From Bacteroidaceae bacterium (lineage in GTDB: Bacteria; Bacteroidota; Bacteroidia; Bacteroidales; Bacteroidaceae): a stretch of 64,000 bases of DNA. Positions 57,329 through 64,000 of this stretch are shown here, in pieces. Below the pieces are notes generated by a model. The model saw only the letters and a list, made by a program, of their open reading frames with translations. It was not told the DNA's origin and searched no databases. Numbering within the stretch: the stretch's first letter is position 1; every line of letters starts with the position of its first letter. The stretch lies in assembly GCA_017464815.1 (NCBI GenBank), contig JAFTYI010000005.1:22034-86033 (forward strand), given 5' to 3'. The translations under genes and the position numbers were made by a program.

Positions 57329-57465
57329 AGGAGTTAGAGGAGTTAAAGGAGTTATCGGCCCTATGGGCCTAGGAGAAGTACCCTTGAGCAAAGCGAAAAA
57401 AAGCCAATAGTTTTGCTATACATTTGGCTAGCAGGCCAAAGCCTGCGATAACTCCTTTAACTCCT
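57329..57465. repeat. Palindromic element family B (composite)
   Basis: AGGAGTTAAAGGAGTTATC/GATAACTCCTTTAACTCCT arms; internal AGCCAA-loop-TTGGCT and GCAGG..CCTGC hairpins. Confidence 0.85.
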
Positions 57466-57499
57466 AAAAAAGAAACAAATTAAAACAAAAAAAGAATAT

Positions 57500-58753
57500 A
57501 TGGACATCCAATTAAAGAAACGCCCCTGGTACATCCGCTACAAGTACTACCTGATGGCCGCCGTGGCCTTTGTAGCCTTTATGATTTACGTCATGACCCT
57601 GTCAATGGGGCCGCGCAAACAGCGCATCGACACTGAGAGTATTCAAATTTCTGCCGTAGAGACCGGCCGCTTCATGGAGTACGTGGACGTGGAGGGACTG
57701 GTGCAACCCATCCTCACCATCCAGGTATATACCAAGGAGGGAGGCAGTGTGGAACGCATCGTGGCCGAAGAGGGTGCCATGCTGGAGGAGGGTGACACCA
57801 TCCTGACACTGGATAACCCCGTGCTGACACGAACCATCAACGACCTGCGCGACGACTATGAGAAGCAGCTCGTGAACTACCGCAACCAGGAAATCAACAT
57901 GGAGCAGAAGACCCTGACCCTGCGCCAGCAGATTCTGCAAGCCCGCTATGAACAGCGTCGCCTGCAGAAGAACTACGAGCTGGCCAAGGAGGAGTTTGCC
58001 ATGGGCATCAAGAGCAAGGCCGAGCTGGAGGTGGCCGAAGAGGAGTACGAACTCAAGCGGCAGACGACCGCCCTGCAGATGGAGGGACTGCGCTACGACT
58101 CGGTGGCCAGCATCCTGAGCCGCCAGATGCTGCAGTCCGACATGGAGCGCGAGCGCAAGAAGTTTGCCCGCGAACAGCAACGGTTGAACGACCTGGTGGT
58201 GCGTGCCCCCATCAGCGGACAGCTCAGTTTCCTGCAAGCCACGCCCGGCCAACAGGTGGGCAGCAACAACAAGATTGGCGAAATCAAGGTGCTGAGCCAA
58301 TACAAGATTCACACCTCGCTGAGCGAATACTACATCGACCGCGTGACCACCGGCCTGCCCGCCAGCATCCTTTACCAGGGCACGCGCTTCCCGCTGAAGA
58401 TTACGAAGGTGGTGCCCGAGGTGAAGGACCGCAGTTTCGACGTTGACCTCGTCTTTGCCGACAAGATGCCCGACAACGTGCGTGTGGGAAAGAGCTACCG
58501 CGTGCAGATTGAGTTGGGACAACCCGAAGAGGCAGTGGTCATCCCGCGCGGCAACTTCTATCAGGCCACGGGCGGACAGTGGATTTACAAGCTGACCGAG
58601 TCGGGCGACAAGGCCATACGCACCCCCATCACCATCGGCCGACAGAATCCGCAACAGTATGAAGTGACCAGCGGCCTCGCCCCCGGCGACCGCGTCATCA
58701 CCACCGGCTACGACCAGTTCGGCGAGGCGGAGGTGCTGGTGTTGGGAAAGTAG
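57500..58753 (+). CDS. Periplasmic adaptor (MacA/HlyD-type membrane fusion protein)
   Basis: N-terminal TM; EGGSVE..EGAM..GD lipoyl half; coiled coil; VRAPISGQL; GLAPGDRVI. Confidence 0.92.
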   Translation: MDIQLKKRPWYIRYKYYLMAAVAFVAFMIYVMTLSMGPRKQRIDTESIQISAVETGRFMEYVDVEGLVQPILTIQVYTKEGGSVERIVAEEGAMLEEGDTILTLDNPVLTRTINDLRDDYEKQLVNYRNQEINMEQKTLTLRQQILQARYEQRRLQKNYELAKEEFAMGIKSKAELEVAEEEYELKRQTTALQMEGLRYDSVASILSRQMLQSDMERERKKFAREQQRLNDLVVRAPISGQLSFLQATPGQQVGSNNKIGEIKVLSQYKIHTSLSEYYIDRVTTGLPASILYQGTRFPLKITKVVPEVKDRSFDVDLVFADKMPDNVRVGKSYRVQIELGQPEEAVVIPRGNFYQATGGQWIYKLTESGDKAIRTPITIGRQNPQQYEVTSGLAPGDRVITTGYDQFGEAEVLVLGK

Positions 58754-58755
58754 AA

Positions 58756-58884
58756 GACCCACCCCCCTGCCCCTCCCTCTATGGAGGGGAGTTTAGAATG
58801 AAAAACAGTAATAACTTAAAAACATAGCCCTAATACTCTTGGTTCTTTGAATCCTCCCCCTACAGGGGGAGTTAGAGGGGGGCC
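58756..58884. repeat. Palindromic element family C
   Basis: GACCCACCCCCCTGCCCCTCCCTCTATGGAGGGGAG ... CTCCCCCTACAGGGGGAGTTAGAGGGGG. Confidence 0.8.
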
Positions 58885-58890
58885 ACTCTT

Positions 58891-61323
58891 ATGAACATCT
58901 TTCAAACCCTACAGTCCATGAGCCGACAGAAGGCTCATACGGCCATCAACATTGCCAGCCTCGCACTGGGGCTGACCTGTGCACTCACCATCCTGCGGTA
59001 TGTCCATCAGGAACTGACCGTAGACAGCCACTATGCCGACTTGGAGAACACCTACATCATGCTCTCCGAGCGGGAAGGAGACTCCAGCCCCAGCCTCGGC
59101 TGCGATGATAACCGCAACAAAGAGGAGGGGTGGCTCTATCCCAGCCGTGCCCCCGAGGTGGAGGAGGCGGCTGAGTTCTGCATCCTCCAGCAACTCATGG
59201 TAGAGACGGAGAATCAGGAGTTCTCCCTCAACGCCATGGCGGCCGACAGTGTCTTCTTCCACATCGCCCGCTTCCCCCTGTTGGCCGGAAGCAACCGGTT
59301 GGAGGGACCCAACGACATCATCCTGACCGACGAGGCTGCCCGCCGACTCTTCCCCGACGGCGACCCGCTGGGCAAGACCGTCAAGGCACTGCGCGGCGAG
59401 GTGTTCACGGTGAAGGGCATCGTGGGCAAGCCCGCGTGCAAGAGCACCTTCATGTTCGACATCGTCTTCAACTACCACCGTGGCGACCATTGGAACTACG
59501 TTTCCCTAAAGTTGCTCCGCCTGCGACCGGGCACCGACATCGACGACTTCAACGAGCGCAACGGACAGTTCTTCTACAGCAAGATATGGGAGTACAACCT
59601 GCGCTACCTGCTCTTCCCCATGAAGGAGCTGTACTTCCACCCCTCCTACGGCCTTTGGCTGGACAACCAGACCAGCAAGGGCAATGCCGAGAACGTGCGC
59701 ATCCTCAGCATCGCAGCGGCCATCCTGCTCTTCATCGGCATCTTCAACTTTGTGAACGTCTATACGGCCATCCTGCTCCGACGGGGTAAGGAGATGAACA
59801 TCCGCCGCATCTATGGTGCCACACGCAGCCACCTCTTTGCCTGCCTCTTTATGGAGAATCTGGTGCAGGTGGCCGCAGGCCTCGTCCTGGCATGGTTGTT
59901 CATCGACACCACGCAACCGCTGATGGAACGCTACTTGGGCATCCCACAGATGGCCTACAAGGCATTCGACTGGCAGGCGTCGTTGGCACTGCTCGTGGGG
60001 CTGCCCTTCGTCACCACGCTCTACCCCTTCTGGCGCCACGTACACGGGAAGCCCATCACCTCCATGCAGTCGGTGGGAGCCATGAGCCGGCCGGGAATGT
60101 CGCGCGACGTGTTCCTCTTCCTGCAATACGTCATCACCTCCACGCTGGCCGTCTTTGCCCTCTACTTCATCAGCCACCTGCACCACATCCTCCACACCGA
60201 CATGGGGTACAACACGCGGAACATCGTCACCGTCACCCTCAGCAGTGAGGAGGGAACCTCCAACATCCGCAACGAAGAGGAGTGGAAAAGAATGCGGGAA
60301 GAGATGCGCCACAAGGCCCGCCTGCTGCCCATCCGCCTGAACGAGTCGCCCCTTATCACCCACTGGAGTTGTCCACGCGGAATGCCTTACCAGATGGTGG
60401 AAGGAGCACACGGCACGGGCATCATCCACAACGGACAGACCATTGAAGTGCTGAATGGCGACCTCACCAAGGGCTACCAGGCCATGATGGGCTACGAATT
60501 AGCGGCCGGCCGCCTGTTCACCGACGAGGAATACGCTGAATGGGGTGCCTACATCTGCATCATCAACGAGTCGCTGGCCCGCCTGCTGGGCATCACAGAT
60601 TTGGCCGATGCCCACGTGCAGACAGCCCGCCGCCTGTGGTGGAGCAGTATGCCTGAGCATCGCGAAGAGATGAAGACCAACCCGCCCTACCGCGTGGTGG
60701 GCATCATCAAGGACTTCAAAACGGGACACCCGACAAGCCCCACGCGCCCCCTCTTCTTCACACCCGACATGGACGGCTTCAGCCGCCACCCCTTTGTCTT
60801 CTATGCCTCGTACCCCGAGGGACGGCGAGCCGATGTGGTGGACTTCCTGGTGAAGCTCCACGCTGAGGTGGGCAATGGCGAACTGAAATACAGCTTCATC
60901 GAGGACGAGCTGGCCGCTGTATTCGACGACGACCGCCGCACGGTGCACATCTACACCACCTTCAGCGTGGTGGCCATCGTCATCTCCAGCCTCGGCCTGC
61001 TGGGCCTCTCGCTCTTCGACATCCAGCGCCGCCGGCGCGAGATTGCCCTGCGCAAGGTACACGGAGCCACTGTCCGTCAGGTGTTCGCTCTGCTGATGAG
61101 CCGCTACGTGACCATCATGGCCGCGGCCTTTGCCGTCAGCATCCCGCTCGTGCTCTGGCTCATCCACACCTACACGGCCGACTTTGCCAGCCGCGCCCCC
61201 ATCACCGTGTGGCTCTTCGTAGCGGCCGCCCTGCTCACTGGCGGCATCTCCATCGGTGCCCTCTACGTGCAGGTGCACCGCGCGGCACACATCCCTCCGG
61301 CGGAGGCGATGAAGAGGGAGTAA
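58891..61323 (+). CDS. MacB/FtsX-type ABC permease (duplicated domain architecture)
   Basis: INIASLALG, FNFVN..RGKEMNIRRIYGA, DMGYN, VVGIIKDF, RRREIALRKVHGA. Confidence 0.92.
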   Translation: MNIFQTLQSMSRQKAHTAINIASLALGLTCALTILRYVHQELTVDSHYADLENTYIMLSEREGDSSPSLGCDDNRNKEEGWLYPSRAPEVEEAAEFCILQQLMVETENQEFSLNAMAADSVFFHIARFPLLAGSNRLEGPNDIILTDEAARRLFPDGDPLGKTVKALRGEVFTVKGIVGKPACKSTFMFDIVFNYHRGDHWNYVSLKLLRLRPGTDIDDFNERNGQFFYSKIWEYNLRYLLFPMKELYFHPSYGLWLDNQTSKGNAENVRILSIAAAILLFIGIFNFVNVYTAILLRRGKEMNIRRIYGATRSHLFACLFMENLVQVAAGLVLAWLFIDTTQPLMERYLGIPQMAYKAFDWQASLALLVGLPFVTTLYPFWRHVHGKPITSMQSVGAMSRPGMSRDVFLFLQYVITSTLAVFALYFISHLHHILHTDMGYNTRNIVTVTLSSEEGTSNIRNEEEWKRMREEMRHKARLLPIRLNESPLITHWSCPRGMPYQMVEGAHGTGIIHNGQTIEVLNGDLTKGYQAMMGYELAAGRLFTDEEYAEWGAYICIINESLARLLGITDLADAHVQTARRLWWSSMPEHREEMKTNPPYRVVGIIKDFKTGHPTSPTRPLFFTPDMDGFSRHPFVFYASYPEGRRADVVDFLVKLHAEVGNGELKYSFIEDELAAVFDDDRRTVHIYTTFSVVAIVISSLGLLGLSLFDIQRRRREIALRKVHGATVRQVFALLMSRYVTIMAAAFAVSIPLVLWLIHTYTADFASRAPITVWLFVAAALLTGGISIGALYVQVHRAAHIPPAEAMKRE

Positions 61324-61330
61324 GTCATTA

Positions 61331-61473
61331 AGGAGATAAAGGGAGATAAAGGAGTTAGAGGAGTTAAAGGAGTTAAAGGAGTTATCACTCACTTCGTTCG
61401 TTAGGAGTTAAAGCCAAATGTATAGCAAAATATTGGCTAGCAGGCTCTGCCTGCGATAACTCCTTTAACTCCT
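61331..61473. repeat. Palindromic element family B (composite), loop inverted relative to the 57329 copy
   Basis: 9-10-bp GGAGTTAAA units; GATAACTCCTTTAACTCCT; AAGCCAA-loop-TTGGCTAGCAGG. Confidence 0.85.
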
Positions 61474-61520
61474 GAGAAAGCCCCCTCCCCCCAAAAATAA
61501 CCAAACAAAAAAACAATAAC

Positions 61521-63863
61521 ATGTTACTACACAACATCGAACTCGCCTGGCAGCAACTGGTAAAGTACCGCCAGCAATCAGTGGTCAGCATCGTCAGCTT
61601 GGGCATCGGATTTGCCTGCTTTGCACTGGCTATGCTATGGATAAGGTATGAACGGACGTATGACACGCAGCATCCCGAGGCGGACAGGCTGTATGTGGTC
61701 TATCAAAAAAGGGGGCTGAACGTGCGCGAGCCGCTCGGCGAGCACCTGGCAACCATCCTGCCCGAGGTGGAGATGAGCACGAAGCTCTACCAGTCGGACG
61801 AACACATCCTGATAGAGGGTGTGAAGCACGAAATCAAGGATATGGAGTGCGACAGCACCCTGATGGAACTGCTCGGCATTGAGGTGGTGGAGGGGGACAG
61901 GAACTTCTGGATGCAAAAGGGCCAGTACGCCGTCACCCAAGAGTTTGCCACACGGGTGTGGGGCGAGGAAAGTCCCATAGGGAAACGGTTCACCAGTGCC
62001 TTCAACGACCGCGAGAAGACGATTGCCGCCGTGGTGCGCGGCTATGGCGGCCACAGCAATGTGCCCTTCCAGTTGCTCTATGGGAAAGAGAGTAAAGACA
62101 ACTGGTACAGCAGCCGCGGCTATGCCCTCTTGCGCCTGCGTCCCAACGTGAACGGCGAGGCTTTCATGCAAAAGATTGACACCTTCGTGGTGAAGGTACC
62201 CGAGACGGTGCAGAACTGGGGCACAGGCGGGGCATTTGACTACAGCGGACTGGGGGCTGTGCCCATCACGGAGTTCCGCCAAGTGCTGAGCGACTCGGGC
62301 GAGACCGCTTCGCTGAGTGCAGCCACGGGCCTCGTGCAGTTCCGCCACATCCGGCTGATTGCCTTGGCGGGTGCACTGCTCATCCTGTCGGGATTGCTGA
62401 ACTACCTGACTATGTTCATCAACCGCATCATCATCCGCCGCCGCGAGGTGGTGCTGCGCTCGGCTATGGGCGGGACGACGTGGAACATCATGGGGATGTT
62501 CTTCACCGAATACGTCCTGTTGCTCGTTGTGGCCTTGGGATGCGGCCTGTTCGTCATGGAGACGCTGTTGCCCTGGTTTCAGGAGCTGACGGGCGTAGGC
62601 TCGACGCGCGGCGCCATCTATGCCGAGGCGATGCTCTACTCCACGGGAGTGGTGCTGGTGGGCTTCCTGCTCTCGATGCCGGTCATCAATTACTTCCGCC
62701 GCCGGTCAGTGGCGCAAACCCTACAGGGGCGCGGGACACAACACACCTACCAGAGCTTCCGCAAAGCGAGTGTGGTGGTGCAGCTCATCATCAGCATCGG
62801 CTTCATCTTCTGCACGGCGGTGATGATGATGCAGTTGGAGAAGCTGCGCCACACCAATCCGGGCTTTGAGCGGCAGGAGATGGCCGTGCTCCACATCTAC
62901 GACGACAACGACAGTCAGGCCTTTGCCCAGCGGCTGAACGAAATGCCTGAAATCAAGGAGTGGCACGAGGGCTACTCCCTCTTCCCGCGAAGCGGAATGA
63001 TAGGCTTCGGCTTGAAAGTGGGAGGCACGGACAAGTGGATCAATTGCACCATGGTGCTGGGTGCCAAGGAGTACCAGCAGTTCTACGGCCTGCGGCTGAA
63101 GGAGGGACGCTGGATAGAGGAAGGGGACAAGGACTGTGCCGTGGTGACCGAGTCGACCGTCAAGGATATGGAGGTGGAGAACCCCATCGGCACCCGATTG
63201 GAACTGAGCAAGGAAGAGGGCTACACCATCGTGGGTGTGGTGAAGGACATCTACTATCGTGGGCCGACTGACAAGGCGGAGAACCACCTCTTCTGCAACG
63301 ATCTCCACGGCAGCAGCTACGGACAGGGCGACTACCTCATCAAGTACCACCCTGGCACGTGGCCAAGCCTGCGCAAGAAGCTGACCGACCTGTTGGAGGA
63401 CACGGAGACGAGCAAGGCCACCTTCCGCCTACAGAGTTGCGAGGAGGAGTACGACAAGTGCATCCTGTCGGAGCTGACGCTGCGCAAGCTGATGGCGGCG
63501 GTGTCGGTGGTGTGCATCCTCATCTCGCTCTTCGGCGTGTGGTCGATGATTATGCTCAACTGTGAGCAACGCCGCAAGGAGATTGCCATCCGCAAGGTGT
63601 TCGGTGCTACGGCCGGACAGATACTGTGGCAGTTCTTCGGCGAATACATGCTGCTGCTCGTCGTGGCCGCCCTCGTGGCCTTCCCCATCGGCTATGCCTG
63701 CATGAAGCCGTGGGTGGAGCAATACGTCATCCAAGTGGCCATCCCCTGGTGGCTCTACGCCGGCATCTTCCTCGCAAACGCCCTGCTCATCACCCTTTGC
63801 ATCGGTTGGCGCGTGTGGCGGACGGCTCATGCTCATCCGGCGAAGGAGATAAGTAAGGGGTGA
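61521..63863 (+). CDS. MacB/FtsX-type ABC permease
   Basis: SIVSLGIGFACF, LLNYL..RRREVVLR, PGFER, IVGVVKD, EQRRKEIAIRKVFGA. Confidence 0.92.
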   Translation: MLLHNIELAWQQLVKYRQQSVVSIVSLGIGFACFALAMLWIRYERTYDTQHPEADRLYVVYQKRGLNVREPLGEHLATILPEVEMSTKLYQSDEHILIEGVKHEIKDMECDSTLMELLGIEVVEGDRNFWMQKGQYAVTQEFATRVWGEESPIGKRFTSAFNDREKTIAAVVRGYGGHSNVPFQLLYGKESKDNWYSSRGYALLRLRPNVNGEAFMQKIDTFVVKVPETVQNWGTGGAFDYSGLGAVPITEFRQVLSDSGETASLSAATGLVQFRHIRLIALAGALLILSGLLNYLTMFINRIIIRRREVVLRSAMGGTTWNIMGMFFTEYVLLLVVALGCGLFVMETLLPWFQELTGVGSTRGAIYAEAMLYSTGVVLVGFLLSMPVINYFRRRSVAQTLQGRGTQHTYQSFRKASVVVQLIISIGFIFCTAVMMMQLEKLRHTNPGFERQEMAVLHIYDDNDSQAFAQRLNEMPEIKEWHEGYSLFPRSGMIGFGLKVGGTDKWINCTMVLGAKEYQQFYGLRLKEGRWIEEGDKDCAVVTESTVKDMEVENPIGTRLELSKEEGYTIVGVVKDIYYRGPTDKAENHLFCNDLHGSSYGQGDYLIKYHPGTWPSLRKKLTDLLEDTETSKATFRLQSCEEEYDKCILSELTLRKLMAAVSVVCILISLFGVWSMIMLNCEQRRKEIAIRKVFGATAGQILWQFFGEYMLLLVVAALVAFPIGYACMKPWVEQYVIQVAIPWWLYAGIFLANALLITLCIGWRVWRTAHAHPAKEISKG

Positions 63864-63874
63864 AATACCCCAAC

Positions 63875-63981
63875 AGACCCTCCCCCTTCCCCTCCCTCTA
63901 TGGAGGGGAGTAGATAGTTTTGCTATGATAAACGAGACATCTTACTCCCCTCCATAGAGGGAGGGGAAGGGGGGAGGGTCT
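63875..63981. repeat. Palindromic element family C, near-perfect 38-bp inverted repeat
   Basis: 63875-63912 pairs with 63943-63981 with one indel; each arm is itself a hairpin. Confidence 0.9.
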
Positions 63982-64000
63982 AAATAAGCGGCTTACTATT

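Overview
A 64-kb chromosomal segment of a GC-rich Bacteroidales bacterium, judged from TAnnTTTG -7 promoter boxes before many genes and from typical gene families. Core genes are a probable glycine-lipid acyltransferase pair, a PIF1-like helicase, NUDIX, MATE, ferritin, a Fur-family regulator, a TPR/beta-barrel pair, dinB and topA-aroK-speA-argB. Accessory content: an AT-rich island (3.7-11.6 kb; transglutaminase-like lipoprotein, Cys/His lipoprotein, BspA-type LRR, O-antigen-ligase/TPR protein); a dispersed sugar-catabolism set (23-45 kb; amidohydrolase, Zn-dehydrogenase, AraC, two GH43, GH29, mutarotase, aldo/keto reductase, GH31, SGNH esterase, GH95); an Rpn nuclease; a RelE/ParE toxin-antitoxin pair; and a TolC/adaptor/multi-MacB ABC cluster with a reduced two-component system. 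Best signals read directly from the DNA: (1) a shared operator 47-48 bp upstream of the -7 box of five scattered sugar promoters, defining a probable AraC L-galactose/L-fucose regulon; (2) several families of nested palindromic intergenic elements, one inserted in frame in GH95 and one pair with an inverted internal loop; (3) unrelated degenerate tandem arrays that all have a 21-23 bp period; (4) a 63-bp duplication at the edge of two accessory cassettes; (5) several proteins with apparent in-frame loss of whole domains. I saw no rRNA, tRNA or CRISPR array. All functional calls come from motif recognition, not database searches.
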